Source of the DNA: Trueperaceae bacterium
GTDB lineage: Bacteria > Deinococcota > Deinococci > Deinococcales > Trueperaceae
Length of the DNA stretch: 64,000 nucleotides
Direction of reading: 5' to 3'
NCBI GenBank assembly: GCA_965213925.1
Contig: OZ243927.1
Location: 1,024,001-1,088,000 of the forward strand
Numbering within the stretch: position 1 is the stretch's first letter; every line of letters starts with the position of its first letter. Of this stretch, positions 1 to 11,500 are shown in pieces. The notes under the pieces are model-generated. The model made no database searches, was not told the origin of the DNA, and saw only the letters and a list, made by a program, of their open reading frames with translations. The position numbers were made by a program, and so were the translations under genes.

Positions 1-2128
1 CATCGCGGCTGCGGCGCGGGGCGATTTTACCCTCCAACTCCGGTCTCACGAGGTCGAGTTTGCCACGTCCGTCGATGTTGTTGACCTTGACCGTGATGGG
101 GTCGCCGACCTTGAGGTAGTCCTCGACGTTCTGGACGCGCTCCTCGGCGATTTGCGAGATGTGCAAGAGCCCGTCCGTACCGGGGAAAATGGTGATGAAC
201 GCGCCGAAGTCCGTTGTTTTGGCGACCTTGCCCTCGTACGTCGCACCGACTTCTGCGGTTGCCGTTAAGCCTTCGATCTGACGCTTGGCTTCATTCGCAG
301 CGGCGGAGTCCTCGCTGTAAATCTTGACCATACCGTCTTCAGCGATATCGATGGAGACGCCCAAGGTTTCAAGCTCGCGTATCTGCTTGCCGCCCGGTCC
401 GATGACCGCGCCGATCTTCTCCACTGGAATCTGCACGCTGATGATGCGCGGCGCGTTCTGCGAGACCTCTTCGCGGGGCGCAGCCAAGACCTCGTCCATC
501 AAGCCTAAAATGTGGCGGCGTCCGTCTCTGGCTTGGTTGAGCGCCGCGTTCATGATGTCGGCGGTGATGCCCTGAATCTTGATGTCCATCTGCAGCGCGG
601 TGACGCCGTCGTGCGTGCCTGTCACCTTGAAGTCCATGTCGCCCAGCGCGTCCTCAGAGCCCAAGATGTCCGAGAGGATTCTGTAGGTCTCGCCCTCTTT
701 GATGAGCCCCATCGCGATGCCCGCGACGGGCTTCTTGATGGGCACGCCCGCGTCCATAAGGGATAGGGTGCTCGCGCAGACCGACGCCATCGAGGAGGAG
801 CCGTTGGACTCTAAGGTCTCGGCGACGGTGCGAATCACGTAAGGGAAATCCTCTTGTGAGGGAATCATCCGCTCTAACGAGCGCCGCGCCAAGTTGCCGT
901 GCCCGAGTTCGCGCCTCGAGGTGCCCCTGAGCCGCTTCGCCTCACCCGTCGAAAAGGGTGGGAAGTTGTAGTGGAGCATGAACTCTTCGGACGTTTCCAG
1001 TCCCAAGTCGTCTACCAAGCGGTTGTCTTTGCCCGTACCGAGCGTCGAAACGCTCAAAACTTGCGTCTCACCCCTTGTAAAAACCGCCGAGCCGTGCGCG
1101 GCGGGCAACACGCCCGCTTCGATCCAGATGGGGCGAATCTCTTCGGGCGTGCGGTGATCCGAGCGCTGGTTGTCCTCTAAGACCATGCGGCGCGACTCGG
1201 ACTGTACCGCCTTGCTGAACGCCTCTTTCAGCTCGCTGATGCGCTCCGCCGCGCCCTCCGCCTCGGGGTCGGGGACGTGCTTTTCGATTAAAGAATTGCG
1301 CAGCTCTTTCGTCTTCGCGCCGCGCTCTTTTTTTCCTTGGGTCAAGAGGACGTCTTTAAGTCCTGCCTTACGCGCTTCGCTCGTCATCATCTCAACGTCG
1401 TCTTGCGACAGTTCCGAAGCGGGTTCGAACTCGAGCTTCTCCTCGCCGACCTCTGCCTTCATCTGCTCGATGAGGTCCAAGACGCCCTGCATCTCGCGCT
1501 GGGCGAACTCGATCGCGCCGACCATCACGTCTTCGGACAACTCATTCGCGCTCGCTTCGACCATCAACACCGCGTCTTTCGTCGCGGCGACGGTGAGTTC
1601 GAGTTCCGACTCTTGAAGCTGCTGGAGCGTGGGGTTGAGCACGTACTCGCCGTTGATAAAGCCGACGCTCACGCAGGCGGTGGGTCCGTCCCAGGGGGTG
1701 CTCGAGATGGACAAGGCCGCCGACGTGCCTATCGCCGCGATAATAGCGGGGTCGTTCTCTTGGTCCGCCGAGAGAACCGTGATAATGACCTGCACTTCGT
1801 TGCGCAAGCCTTTGGGGAAGAGTGGGCGAATCTGCCTATCCGTAATGCGGGCGTTTAAGGTCGCTTGTGTGCCGGGGCGTCCCTCGCGGCGCATGAACGA
1901 GCCGGGAATCTTGCCGATGGCGTAGTGACGCTCTTCGTACTCGACGGTCAGCGGCAAAAAGCTCATCGGCGAGGTGCTGCCCGACATCTGCGCGGTGACG
2001 AGCACGACGGTGCCGCCGTAGCGCACCATCACGCTGCCCGAGACGAGCTTGGCGTACTTGCCCGTCTCCAGGGTCAGCTCGCGCCCGCCCAAGGTGGTGC
2101 TGTAACGTTTGGGTTCTGGAATATTCAC
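1..2128 (-). CDS. pnp: Polyribonucleotide nucleotidyltransferase (PNPase), 3' end truncated by the window edge
   Basis: Minus strand reads GTG at 2128 after an AGAGGAG RBS. Motifs [37 protein letters not shown] (IGPGGKQI) and S1 ([17 protein letters not shown]). Lies downstream of rpsO. Absent from the ORF track because there is no stop in the window. Confidence 0.97.
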   Translation of the reverse strand, partial: MNIPEPKRYSTTLGGRELTLETGKYAKLVSGSVMVRYGGTVVLVTAQMSGSTSPMSFLPLTVEYEERHYAIGKIPGSFMRREGRPGTQATLNARITDRQIRPLFPKGLRNEVQVIITVLSADQENDPAIIAAIGTSAALSISSTPWDGPTACVSVGFINGEYVLNPTLQQLQESELELTVAATKDAVLMVEASANELSEDVMVGAIEFAQREMQGVLDLIEQMKAEVGEEKLEFEPASELSQDDVEMMTSEARKAGLKDVLLTQGKKERGAKTKELRNSLIEKHVPDPEAEGAAERISELKEAFSKAVQSESRRMVLEDNQRSDHRTPEEIRPIWIEAGVLPAAHGSAVFTRGETQVLSVSTLGTGKDNRLVDDLGLETSEEFMLHYNFPPFSTGEAKRLRGTSRRELGHGNLARRSLERMIPSQEDFPYVIRTVAETLESNGSSSMASVCASTLSLMDAGVPIKKPVAGIAMGLIKEGETYRILSDILGSEDALGDMDFKVTGTHDGVTALQMDIKIQGITADIMNAALNQARDGRRHILGLMDEVLAAPREEVSQNAPRIISVQIPVEKIGAVIGPGGKQIRELETLGVSIDIAEDGMVKIYSEDSAAANEAKRQIEGLTATAEVGATYEGKVAKTTDFGAFITIFPGTDGLLHISQIAEERVQNVEDYLKVGDPITVKVNNIDGRGKLDLVRPELEGKIAPRRSRD

Positions 2129-2238
2129 TCTATCTCCTCTATCGTCCCTTGTATATTCGTGTGTTGATGTTCCTGATAAAGCCACAAAATAGGTGTTATG
2201 TAAGCGCATATGCTCAATAAACTGTCACTCTAAGTACC

Positions 2239-2267
2239 AAAAGAGCGAGGCGTATACAGCCTCGCTC
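2239..2267 (-). terminator. Probable intrinsic terminator after rpsO
   Basis: Stem GAGCGAGGC/GCCTCGCTC followed by TTTT on the minus strand. Confidence 0.6.
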
Positions 2268-2308
2268 CAAAGGTTCATTTGAAGTCGCAAATTGATGCGT
2301 AGGTGGGC

Positions 2309-2578
2309 TTAGCGGCGTAATCCGAGCCGCCCGATCAGCGCTTTATAGCCTTCGAAGTCCTTCTGCTCTAAATATTTAAGAAGGCGCTTGCGCTTACCGA
2401 CCATCATCAGCAGACCGCGGCGTCCGTGGTGGTCCTTTTTGTTCGCCTGCAAGTGCTCACTCAAGGACTGAATTTGCGCCGTGAGCATGGCAACTTGCAC
2501 TTCGGTAGAGCCGGTGTCGCCTTCGGCGGTGCCGTATTCTGTAAAGATTTCCTGCTTGCGTTCTTTGTTGAGTGCCAT
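2309..2578 (-). CDS. rpsO: 30S ribosomal protein S15
   Basis: [37 protein letters not shown]; 89 aa; rpsO-pnp synteny. Confidence 0.99.
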   Translation of the reverse strand: MALNKERKQEIFTEYGTAEGDTGSTEVQVAMLTAQIQSLSEHLQANKKDHHGRRGLLMMVGKRKRLLKYLEQKDFEGYKALIGRLGLRR

Positions 2579-2680
2579 AAAAGCTTCCTTTCAGGTAGAC
2601 TAGCGCAGACGCTGTGGCGCAGCGCGAACCCCAGTCCCCATATGTCGATGAGGTTGACTCAACAACGCTCGAGTCTAGCA
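2579..2680 (-). promoter_or_regulatory. rpsO extended -10 promoter and about 90-nt leader (possible S15 autoregulatory element)
   Basis: TGcTAGACT on the minus strand at 2680-2672. The leader function is inferred from other bacteria only. Confidence 0.4.
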
Positions 2681-3121
2681 CGCTAGTCCCGGATAGTTCA
2701 AAGGTGGGACTACAGATTGCAGGGCTACTGCAAAGTTGGCACCTGGATAAGCAAGAGGGTACGTTGACCTTTGAAGAGAAAGTGAATAGTAAATGCCTTG
2801 CTCAGACTCGAAAATACCGCTAAGTCGAGAGTGGAGAGGTGCGCTGGGTTTAAGCAGACCTTGATTTCAAAGGCAATTTTAGACTTTGCGGTAGCCCTGG
2901 CAGCACCTCGGACGACCCGACTGCTCGCGCTGACCTCATCACAATATGGAGGTTTAGTCGCTAGCGGCGATATCAACGGGAATGACGGCGCAACCTCCCC
3001 ATCCGATGATGTTTGGGGTACAGTGCTCCTCGAGGCTGGCAGCACCTCGGACATTACAGGTGTCGTGTTACTTCCCTGAAGTGCCTAACTTCCCTCAGTA
3101 GCCCCTAGCCTTTCACCTTCT

Positions 3122-3145
3122 CAGACCTCACCGCAGTGAGGTCTT
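3122..3145 (+). terminator. Hairpin, possible terminator
   Basis: AGACCTCAC-cgca-GTGAGGTCT followed by TT.. Confidence 0.5.
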
Positions 3146-3297
3146 TACTTTAACAATTCCATGGCTCATTGCTGCACCGCTGATAGCGTCTGTTTCTATT
3201 CGCATCCGCTCACACGTGAAGCTGCTGTAGCAGCTTCACGTGGAAATGCTATTTTGTCCCAGCTAGCGCCTCCATGCACGTCATGGTCTAATCGACT

Positions 3298-4878
3298 ATG
3301 CCTAACCTCATCTTCCGTAACGGCACCATCTTAACCATGGACCCCGCGAAGCCCGAAGCGAGCGCTTTGGCGGTGCGCGGCGAGCGCATTTTGGCGGTCG
3401 GCGGCGAAGAGGTCTTAGACCTTTCGCACAGAAACACCGAGCACATTGACTTAGAAGGTCGCTGCCTCCTACCCGGCTTTCACGACAGCCACGTCCACCT
3501 CACGCAGCACGGCTTAGAACTCCATAGGCTGCATCTGCATGAGACGGCGACGTTGGAAGAGGCGCTGACGAGGGTGGCTGAACGCGCCGAGGACCTCCCT
3601 GCGGGCTCATGGATTTTAGGTTCCGGCTTCTCCATGAGCCGCTGGGGGGTGTCGCACCTGAACAAAGCCGAGCTAGACCGCGCCGCGCCGCACCACCCCG
3701 TCTTTCTGCAGTCGCAAGACCACCATAGCGCCTGGGCGAACTCGCGGGCGCTAGCGCTCGCGGGCGTTCATGCGGCGACGCCTGACCCGAAGAGCGGTAC
3801 GGTCGTAAGGGGCGAAGGAGGGGAGCCGAGCGGGTTACTACTGGAGCGGGCGGCGCACCTGGTTTCGGGCACGATTCCCGAGCCGAGTGACGCTGAGCTA
3901 GTTGACGCGCTGGGGCGGGGCGGGGAAGACCTCGCGCGCTTAGGCGTCACGACGGTGCACCACATGGCGTACGAGCCGACTTCGTATTGGCGGCAGTTGG
4001 CGCTAGAGGCGAGCCGCGAGGATTTTCCGGTGCGCGTGTGGGCGTGTCTGCCGCAAGAGGACGCCGAACACGCCGCTGCCATCGGTTTAGCGACGGGTCA
4101 GGGCGGGCCGCGTTTCACGGTGGGCGGCGCGAAGTTTTTTGCCGACGGCGCGCTAGGCAGCATGACGGCGTGGATGCTGGAGCCCTACGCCGGTACCGAC
4201 GACTACGGCGTGAGCGTCCACGGCGCGGACGTGCTAGCGGAGCGTTTACCTCTCGTTTTAGACGCTGGGCTGACGCCCGTGGTTCACGCGATCGGCGACG
4301 CGGCGAACCGCGCCGTTTTGGATGCGTTCGAGCGGACGCTCCCGCAGTGGCAGCAGCGGGGGCTGAGACCGAGGCTCGAGCACGCCCAGCACCTCCACCC
4401 AGACGACCTCATGCGAGCGGGAGAGCTCGGTATCGTCGTCTCTATGCAGCCCTATCACCTCGTCTTCGACGCGCCGCAGATTCGCGCGCGGCTGCCGGAG
4501 CGCGTCGGCGGCGCGTACGCCATGAAGTCCCTTTTAGAAGCGGGCGCGCACCTCGCCCTCGGCTCGGACACGCCCGTGGCGAATCCTGACGTGAGGCTGG
4601 GTCTCCGCGCCGCCTGCACGCGCGCCCCAATGGACGCCTCAGCGGACGCCTCGGTAGACGGCGAATTCAACCCACATGAACGTTTGACGCCCGCCCAAGC
4701 GCTAGCGGGCTACACGTCTGGCGCAGCTTACGCCATTTCGCGCGAACATCGTTCGGGGGTGTTACGCGAAAAGTTCGACGCGGATATGGTGGTGCTTTCG
4801 GATAATCCTTTAGAGACTTTGAATTTTAACGTTGAGGGGACGATGCTAGCTGGAAGCTGGACGAAGCCGCTCGAGTAA
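3298..4878 (+). CDS. Amidohydrolase family 3 (YtcJ-like) metallo-hydrolase
   Basis: PGFHDSHVH, KFFADGALGS.TA, HAIGD, RLEHAQ, GSDTPV motifs. Confidence 0.92.
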   Translation: MPNLIFRNGTILTMDPAKPEASALAVRGERILAVGGEEVLDLSHRNTEHIDLEGRCLLPGFHDSHVHLTQHGLELHRLHLHETATLEEALTRVAERAEDLPAGSWILGSGFSMSRWGVSHLNKAELDRAAPHHPVFLQSQDHHSAWANSRALALAGVHAATPDPKSGTVVRGEGGEPSGLLLERAAHLVSGTIPEPSDAELVDALGRGGEDLARLGVTTVHHMAYEPTSYWRQLALEASREDFPVRVWACLPQEDAEHAAAIGLATGQGGPRFTVGGAKFFADGALGSMTAWMLEPYAGTDDYGVSVHGADVLAERLPLVLDAGLTPVVHAIGDAANRAVLDAFERTLPQWQQRGLRPRLEHAQHLHPDDLMRAGELGIVVSMQPYHLVFDAPQIRARLPERVGGAYAMKSLLEAGAHLALGSDTPVANPDVRLGLRAACTRAPMDASADASVDGEFNPHERLTPAQALAGYTSGAAYAISREHRSGVLREKFDADMVVLSDNPLETLNFNVEGTMLAGSWTKPLE

Positions 4879-5211
4879 GGCCGTGAGTAACGCCTCGTCC
4901 GCCTCTCCGTTCGAGCTGCGCCGGCCGTCTCGCGAGAGGGACTCACGCGCAAGCTCGCGCAACTGTTCAGCCACGCGCTCTAAGGCGTGCACGGAGCGCT
5001 CCAAGCTCGAGGCGATGCGCTGCGCGTTTTGCTTGTCGCTCGAGTCGGGGTCGTAAAGCTCCTTGAATTCCTTGGCGATATAAGCCGCCAAGACCTCCTC
5101 TAGGCCCAGCGTCCTGACGTCGACCTGAGAGGTCTCTAGCTGTTCTTGCAAGAAGCGGTCGGGGTAAGCCTCCGCCGCCACCTCGATAAGCTCTTTAAGC
5201 GTTTTATTCAT
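4846..5211 (-). CDS. Hypothetical helical protein
   Basis: 121-aa ORF with ATG and a GAGGAG RBS; protein-like composition. Confidence 0.65.
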   Translation of the reverse strand: MNKTLKELIEVAAEAYPDRFLQEQLETSQVDVRTLGLEEVLAAYIAKEFKELYDPDSSDKQNAQRIASSLERSVHALERVAEQLRELARESLSRDGRRSSNGEADEALLTALLERLRPASS

Positions 5212-5354
5212 AAACGGCTCCTCGTCTCTTGTGCTATTTTAGCAAACCCGTCTTTCACCCAGGTTTCGCCTAGCTAGACCTAGTGACGCTTGAATAAGTA
5301 GAGCGTTCGCGCCGTTTTTCGCTACGTCATGTGCTCCAAACACGCACGAAGATG

Positions 5355-6440
5355 CTAGCTCGGTCTACAATCCTCGTGACTGACCTGCTGGGTTCTCAGC
5401 TTAGCCTCTCGTGTGGTCGCTCTCACCCGGTTACGCTGTTTATACTCGTACATCTCGCTGTCCGCTTTCTTGAGCAAGGCGCGGAGTGTGCTACCCGCTC
5501 GCGGAAACTGCGCGACGCCGATGCTCGCGTCTAGGTGCACCTCTTCGCCCTCGAGCCTAAAAGGGGCGGCCAAGCACGCAGCGTAACGCTCGGCGACTCG
5601 CTTGGCTCCGCCGCAACCATTATGCGCATAACTGCTAGGCTCATAACCGTGTGGGTGGACCTCGAGCAAACAGACAAATTCGTCGCCGCCGAGCCGCGCT
5701 AAGAGGTCGCTCTCGCGCGTCTGGTTCTTAAAACGCTCGGCTACCTTGATGAGAAGCGAGTCGCCCGCATCGTGACCAAGCGTGTCGTTGATCTCTTTGA
5801 AGCCGTTTAGGTCGAGGTAAAAGAGGTTCAGCTCGCGAGCGTGCCTTTTGGCTGAGGCGATCATCTGCGCGGCCCGCTCGAAAAAGGCGCGTCGGTTGGG
5901 CAGACCGGTCAGCGCGTCGGTGTAAGCCGCCCGCGCGATTTCTTGTTCGAAGCGTTTATGGCTAGTAACGTCGATATGCGAAATGACTGCGCCGCCGCTG
6001 TCTCCACCTAGTGGTTTAATATACATGACGAACCACCTTTCGCCCTCGCCTACGAAGTGGGAATACTCGAGCGTAAACTCCGCGCTCGAGCCCGCTAAAA
6101 CGTCGTGCAGACCTCTGCAAATCTGACCTAACCGAGACGCTCCCTCTAGCTCATGATGGTGCGCGTCTCCACATAGATGGAGGTAGTTTGCACCGCGCTC
6201 TGCGTAGAGGGAGGGATCATATTTAGCGAAGTGCTCCCACGCCTTGTTGGTCTCGACGATCACGCCGCTCGAATCAAGAATCGCCATCTGTTGCGGCGCG
6301 ACGTCAAACGCCCGAAGGTGAACGTTGGATAATGCGTTGGTGGGCACAGTGCCCCTCCTCCCTTTAGAGCCCGAAAAGAAAGCTGACGCAGTAGGCTCGC
6401 CCTGTCCTGTATGGACTAGCGGTTCTACGCTATCATTCAA
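5355..6440 (-). CDS. PAS-GGDEF diguanylate cyclase
   Basis: PAS-like ILDSSGVIVETN.AW; DALTGLPNRR, DLNGFKEINDTLGHDAGD, RESD I-site 5 residues before an intact GGDEF. Confidence 0.93.
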   Translation of the reverse strand: MNDSVEPLVHTGQGEPTASAFFSGSKGRRGTVPTNALSNVHLRAFDVAPQQMAILDSSGVIVETNKAWEHFAKYDPSLYAERGANYLHLCGDAHHHELEGASRLGQICRGLHDVLAGSSAEFTLEYSHFVGEGERWFVMYIKPLGGDSGGAVISHIDVTSHKRFEQEIARAAYTDALTGLPNRRAFFERAAQMIASAKRHARELNLFYLDLNGFKEINDTLGHDAGDSLLIKVAERFKNQTRESDLLARLGGDEFVCLLEVHPHGYEPSSYAHNGCGGAKRVAERYAACLAAPFRLEGEEVHLDASIGVAQFPRAGSTLRALLKKADSEMYEYKQRNRVRATTREAKLRTQQVSHEDCRPS

Positions 6441-6589
6441 AAGATATTTTCAACTAGGTACAACTGCACCTAAAAAACCGGATGTGAAATATTACGCAAT
6501 TCGGTTCGTTAAGTTCGTCATCTGAGGTCACGACGGGGTGTGTTTTCTGGCTTCTAAGGGGCAGCGAGGTAGTTGGGCTATACTCACGC

Positions 6590-7858
6590 ATGTCGCTTAC
6601 TGTTTCCACTGACGCCGTTACTGTCAATTTAGGTGAGCTTTTAGAACGCTCGAGGCGCGCTAGTCGCGGCTTGGCTAACGCCAAGCGCAACGCCGCTTTA
6701 GAAAGCATCGCCGCCGCGCTCTTGACCAACACCGACGCCATTTTGAAGGCGAACGAAAAAGATGTCGCCGCCGAACGTAGAAAAGGCACCTCCGACGCGC
6801 TCATTGACCGCCTGACACTGTCCCAAGCTCGCCTCAAAAATATCTCCGACGCGGTCCACCTCGTCGCGGCGCTGCCCGATCCCTTGCGCCGCGTGCTGGA
6901 CGGCTGGACGCTTCCCAACGCTCTGCGCGTCCAGAAGGTCACGGTTCCTTTCGGTGTGATCGGGATGATCTACGAGTCGCGCCCGAACGTGACCGTAGAC
7001 GCCGCGACGCTCGCCCTGAAAGCGGGCAGCGCGAGCGTGCTGCGCGGCTCCGCCAACGCGCTAGAGAGCAACCGCGTCATCGTGGAGGTGATGCGCCGCG
7101 CGTTAGAAGAGGTTGACGTGCCGCCGGACGCGGTTCAACTCATCGACTCGCCCGACAGAGCGCTCGTGACCGAGCTTTTAGAAGCTAGGGGTCAGGTGGA
7201 CTTGGTGATCCCGAGGGGCGGCGCATCTTTGATCAACCACGTCGTGCAAAACGCGAAAGTCCCGGTCATCGAAACGGGCGTCGGCAACTGCCACGTGTTC
7301 GTGGACGCTTCGGCGGATTTGGTGAACGCGAAAGAGGTCGTGATCAACGCGAAGGTGCAGCGCCCCGGTGTATGCAACTCCGTAGAAACGCTGCTCGTAC
7401 ACGAAGCGGTCGCGGAAGCGTTCTTGCCGAATGTGCTTTCAGCCCTCACCGAACTCGGCGTCGTTATAAGAGGGTGCGAGCGGACGCAGAGGCTCTATCC
7501 TGAAGCGGCAGCGGCCACCGAGTCAGATTGGGAAACGGAATATCTGGACCTCGAGCTAGCCGTTAAGGTCGTGAGTAGCACGGACGACGCCGTTGCCCAC
7601 ATCAACCGCTACGGTTCCCAGCACAGCGAAGCCATCCTCACCCAGTCGATCGAAAATGCGCGGCGCTTTCAGGACGAGGTGGACGCGGCGGCGGTTTACG
7701 TAAACGCCTCGACGCGCTTTACCGACGGCTTCGTGTTCGGCTTCGGCGCGGAGATAGGCATCTCGACGCAGAAGCTCCACGCAAGAGGTCCGATGGGCTT
7801 GGCGGAGATAGTGACGCACAAGTATCTGATCGAAGGAGAGGGGCAGATCAGGGGTTAG
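6590..7858 (+). CDS. proA: Gamma-glutamyl phosphate reductase (glutamate-5-semialdehyde dehydrogenase)
   Basis: PFGVIGMIYESRPNVT, IPRGG, GVCNSVETLLVH, NASTRFTDG, GAEIGISTQKLHARGPMGL. Confidence 0.98.
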   Translation: MSLTVSTDAVTVNLGELLERSRRASRGLANAKRNAALESIAAALLTNTDAILKANEKDVAAERRKGTSDALIDRLTLSQARLKNISDAVHLVAALPDPLRRVLDGWTLPNALRVQKVTVPFGVIGMIYESRPNVTVDAATLALKAGSASVLRGSANALESNRVIVEVMRRALEEVDVPPDAVQLIDSPDRALVTELLEARGQVDLVIPRGGASLINHVVQNAKVPVIETGVGNCHVFVDASADLVNAKEVVINAKVQRPGVCNSVETLLVHEAVAEAFLPNVLSALTELGVVIRGCERTQRLYPEAAAATESDWETEYLDLELAVKVVSSTDDAVAHINRYGSQHSEAILTQSIENARRFQDEVDAAAVYVNASTRFTDGFVFGFGAEIGISTQKLHARGPMGLAEIVTHKYLIEGEGQIRG

Positions 7859-7950
7859 TCTATTCAACTCCTTCACGCTTACCTCTTGATGTTGTTAATA
7901 TTGAGAACGCAACTGCTTGGCGGCTGCGCGCTCTCGTTCTATACTCGCCT

Positions 7951-8397
7951 ATGGCTACGCAACCGCAGCAGATAACGGTGCGCCCCGTTGACAGCGATAA
8001 CTGGCGCGAGGTGAGCGCGTTGGCGATCCCTGAGGCACAACGCAACTTCGTCGCTGAGCCGAACTTCTACTTGGCGCTGTGCTGCTACGACACGTGGAAC
8101 CCGCTGGCTATCTACTTGGATGACGCGGTCATCGGCTTCATGATGTGGGGGCTCGAAGAGGGAAGCTGTTGGCTGGGCGGCATTTTCATCGGTAGAGAGT
8201 ATCAGCGAAGAGGGTATGGACGGCGGGCGGTGCAGGAAGCGATAAGGGTACTGAGTGAGCAGACAGGCGTCTCCGAGTTTGCGCTCTCCTATCAGCCTAC
8301 GAACACGGTTGCTAGAGGTCTCTACACCGCAATGGGCTTTGTGGAGACGGGCGAGATAGAAGATGACGAGGTGGTGGCGAGGCTCAAACTTGAGTGA
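7951..8397 (+). CDS. GNAT acetyltransferase (spermidine/diamine acetyltransferase-like)
   Basis: YQRRGYGR acetyl-CoA motif; N..A..LY..MGF.ETG. Confidence 0.88.
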   Translation: MATQPQQITVRPVDSDNWREVSALAIPEAQRNFVAEPNFYLALCCYDTWNPLAIYLDDAVIGFMMWGLEEGSCWLGGIFIGREYQRRGYGRRAVQEAIRVLSEQTGVSEFALSYQPTNTVARGLYTAMGFVETGEIEDDEVVARLKLE

Positions 8398-8498
8398 AAG
8401 CGTGCGGTAAAACTCAGAACTGCTCGAGCCTCACCGATACGAACCTTTCGACCAGAAATCATTCTCGCCCTGATGCGGGTTTTAACCTCAAGAACGTT

Positions 8499-9647
8499 CT
8501 AAAGTGCTGTCCACCTCTCTTGACCTTTAGCACTCTGGACGGTCTTCTCGATGAAGCGCACGCCTCTCGCGCCTTCGTACACGGTGGGAAAGTCCCGCTC
8601 AAACTCGTTCGGCTCGCGACCTTCTTTCTTGGCGCGCATCGTTGCCGCCGCGTTTCGGTAGACGTTGGCGAAGGCTTCGATAAACGCTTCGGGATGACCC
8701 GGCGGGATGCGGCTTGCGCGCTGCGCCGCCTCGCACAGATAAGGGTTGCCCGGTTTGAGAATTTGCACGGGTCCCTCCAAGGGCTTAAAGGTCAAAACGT
8801 TGGGCTCCTCCTGATACCAACTGAGCCCGCCCTTGTCACCGTACACGCGGATGCGGAGTCCGTTCTCCTCACCCGTCGAAATCTGTGAGCAGATGAGCAC
8901 CCCTTTCGCGCCGCCCGCGAAACGCAACAAGAGGTTGGCGTCGTCGTCCAGCTTGCGCCCCTGCACGAAGGTCGTGAGGTCGGCGCAGATATGTTCGATC
9001 TCTAAGCCTGTGATCGTCGCGGCTAAGTTCTCCGCGTGCGAGCCGATGTCGCCGACTGCGCCCGCGACGCCCGAACGCTCCGGGTCGGTGCGCCACTCGG
9101 CTTGCTTCGCGCCCTCGTCCTCCAACTTGGTCGCTAACCAGCCCTGGTTGTACTCCACGATGACCTTGCGCAGTTCCCCGAGCTGTCCCTCTCTCACCAT
9201 GTGCCGCGCCTGCTTGACCATCGGGTAGCCCGTGTAGTTGTAGGTCACGGCAAAGATCACCCCTGTTTTCTCCACCACCTCGGTGAGCTGATCCGCCTGC
9301 TCGGAGGTGTGCACCAGCGGCTTGTCGGACACGACGTTAAAGCCCGCTTCGGCAAAGGCGTGCGCCACCGGGAAGTGCATGTGGTTGGGCGTCACCACCG
9401 AGACGAAGTCGATGCGTTCACCTTCGGGCAAGGAAGCTTCGCGCTCCAACATCTCTTCCCAGGTGCCGTAGTTACGTTCGTCGGCTAAGCCTAACTCGCG
9501 CCCGGATTCCTTTGCCTTCTCCGGCGTCGAGGAGAGTGCGCCTGCTACGAAGTCGATCTGTCCATCTAACGCAGCCGCGTGGCGGTGCACCGCGCCGATA
9601 AAGGCGTCTTTGCCGCCGCCCACCATGCCCATTTTGAGTTTTTCCAT
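8499..9647 (-). CDS. Gfo/Idh/MocA family NAD-dependent oxidoreductase
   Basis: GMVGGG..AFIG.VH, VTPNHMH, DKP, GDIGSH. Confidence 0.93.
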   Translation of the reverse strand: MEKLKMGMVGGGKDAFIGAVHRHAAALDGQIDFVAGALSSTPEKAKESGRELGLADERNYGTWEEMLEREASLPEGERIDFVSVVTPNHMHFPVAHAFAEAGFNVVSDKPLVHTSEQADQLTEVVEKTGVIFAVTYNYTGYPMVKQARHMVREGQLGELRKVIVEYNQGWLATKLEDEGAKQAEWRTDPERSGVAGAVGDIGSHAENLAATITGLEIEHICADLTTFVQGRKLDDDANLLLRFAGGAKGVLICSQISTGEENGLRIRVYGDKGGLSWYQEEPNVLTFKPLEGPVQILKPGNPYLCEAAQRASRIPPGHPEAFIEAFANVYRNAAATMRAKKEGREPNEFERDFPTVYEGARGVRFIEKTVQSAKGQERWTAL

Positions 9648-9676
9648 GTTCGGCCTCCTCGGTCGATAACTGAGTT

Positions 9677-10237
9677 CTAGGAACTCGAAAAGCTGACCTT
9701 GCTGTAGAGCACTTCAAAAGTCAGCTCGCTCTTCAAGCAAGGAACGGGGACGACCTGCCCCGCCTCGAAAACCCGCTCTCGCCAGCCCGACTCTGCGCGG
9801 TAAAGACCCCTGACTGCCCTTTTGCGGCTGTCTACTAACAGATAAAGCTGTAGGCTCTCGACCTCCTGATACGCTAAACGTTTCTCAAAGCGGTCCCTTC
9901 GCGCCGTCGATTGGCTCAAGACCTCGACGACCACGCAGGTTGCGGTCTCGAAGTAGGTATCGGCTAGCGGTTCGCACACCACCATCACGTCGGGGTAATA
10001 AAAAATCTCGTCAGCGACGCGCATTTTCATGTCGCTACTGTAGATGCGGCAGCGGCCCTCGGCAGCGGCGTTGCCTAAAGCTCGCACGATGTTGGTGGTG
10101 ATGAGGTTGTGAAATGCGGTCGCCCCCGCCAGCGCGTAGATTTCACCGTAGAGGTATTCATGCCGCACATCGCTGTCCCTCTCGCCGCTAAGATAGTCGG
10201 CTACTGTAAGGGTGTCGGCGGGGTTCGTCTCGTACAT
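9677..10237 (-). CDS. Uma2 family (DUF820) PD-(D/E)XK endonuclease-like protein
   Basis: [36 protein letters not shown]. Confidence 0.92.
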   Translation of the reverse strand: MYETNPADTLTVADYLSGERDSDVRHEYLYGEIYALAGATAFHNLITTNIVRALGNAAAEGRCRIYSSDMKMRVADEIFYYPDVMVVCEPLADTYFETATCVVVEVLSQSTARRDRFEKRLAYQEVESLQLYLLVDSRKRAVRGLYRAESGWRERVFEAGQVVPVPCLKSELTFEVLYSKVSFSSS

Positions 10238-10290
10238 AGCGCTCTAAGTTTACCCTCTAAGCCAAGCGACAATAGCGCCGACACTGTCGT

Positions 10291-10435
10291 TCAGGGAACC
10301 CAAGGTGTCAACTTACTCACTATAGGATAGAAGTCGTCTTTGTCCACCACAGGGTAGCTCAGGTGCCTTCCTAAAGCGCGGCTCAGCGTGCTTTTGCCCG
10401 TGCCCGTGAGCCCTTTGAAGACGATGAGGTCAGCC
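10291..10435 (-). pseudogene. Truncated P-loop kinase (AAA_33-like) fragment
   Basis: LIVFKGLTGTGKSTLSRALGRHL..PVVDKDD then an early stop; no nearby in-frame start codon. Confidence 0.65.
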
Positions 10436-10456
10436 TTGCCAGCGATTGCGCCACGC

Positions 10457-11458
10457 TCACTTCTTCTCGAACGCCGCGTCAAACGCTGCACCCGAAGGTG
10501 CGAAGTCCAAGTCTTTGGTAAACGCCGCCGACTCGGTCGCGCCGTGCACGCGGTCCATGCGCCCGTCCTCCCATTCGATGGAGAGAGGTCCGCCGTAGCC
10601 GATGTCGTTGAGCGCCACGATGATGCTCTCGAAGTCGATGTCGCCCCGCCCGACGCTGCGAAAGTCCCAGTAGCGCCTTCTGTCCCCGAAGCTCGTGTGA
10701 CCGCCGAAGACGCCCACCGTGCCGTCGCCGCGCCCCCACCAGGCGTCTTTCATGTGAACGTGAAAGATGCGCTCCGCGAAGGTGTACAAGAACTGGACGT
10801 AGTCCACGCCCTGATAGCCCAAGTGCGAAGGGTCGTAGTTGAAGCCGAAGCGCGGGTGGTGTCCGACCGCCTCTAACGCCCGCTCCGCCGAGGCGATGTC
10901 GAAGGCGATCTCGGTGGGGTGGACCTCGAGCCCGAAATTCACCCCGACCTCGTCAAAAACATCTAAGATAGGACTGAAGCGCTCAGCGAAATCTACAAAA
11001 CCTTTCTCCCAGTACGCCTGACTCGTCGGCGGAAAGGCGTATAAGCTGTGCCAGATAGAGGACCCTGTAAAGCCCGTCACGACTTTTGCGCCTAGCTTAG
11101 CGGCTGCCCGCGCCGTATCCTTCATCTCCTGCGCCGCCCGCTGCCGCACCCCTTCCGGGTCACCGTCGCCCCAGACGTGCTCGGGCAAGGTCGCTTGATG
11201 GCGCTCGTCAATGGGGTCGCAAACCGCCTGCCCGACCAGGTGATTGCCGACGGCGTAGCACGTTAAGCCGTGCTCTTCTAAAATATCCAAGCGACTCTGT
11301 ACGTAATCCTCTTCGTTGACAGCCCTATTCACCTCGAAGTGGTCGCCCCAGCAAGCGAGTTCCAAGCCGTCATAGCCCATCTCTGCAGCTAAGGGGGCGA
11401 GTTCAGATAGGGACAGGTCCGCCCACTGTCCGGTGAATAGGGTGACGGGTCGTGGCAT
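10457..11458 (-). CDS. Sugar phosphate isomerase/epimerase (xylose-isomerase-like TIM barrel)
   Basis: [54 protein letters not shown]. Confidence 0.92.
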   Translation of the reverse strand: MPRPVTLFTGQWADLSLSELAPLAAEMGYDGLELACWGDHFEVNRAVNEEDYVQSRLDILEEHGLTCYAVGNHLVGQAVCDPIDERHQATLPEHVWGDGDPEGVRQRAAQEMKDTARAAAKLGAKVVTGFTGSSIWHSLYAFPPTSQAYWEKGFVDFAERFSPILDVFDEVGVNFGLEVHPTEIAFDIASAERALEAVGHHPRFGFNYDPSHLGYQGVDYVQFLYTFAERIFHVHMKDAWWGRGDGTVGVFGGHTSFGDRRRYWDFRSVGRGDIDFESIIVALNDIGYGGPLSIEWEDGRMDRVHGATESAAFTKDLDFAPSGAAFDAAFEKK

Positions 11459-11500
11459 AGGTGCCTCCTAAGGGAACGCTTGGGGGGGTGTGCTCTGGTT

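Noticed and set aside
324..2167. Several + strand ORFs over pnp, and similar antisense ORFs over ftsH, aro, pil and other genes
   Set aside because: These are antisense shadow frames typical of high-GC coding DNA.
2196..2212. TTATGTAAGCGCATATG as a DdrO/RDRM box upstream of pnp
   Set aside because: The half-site spacing is one base short of the 17-bp RDRM and the right end mismatches.
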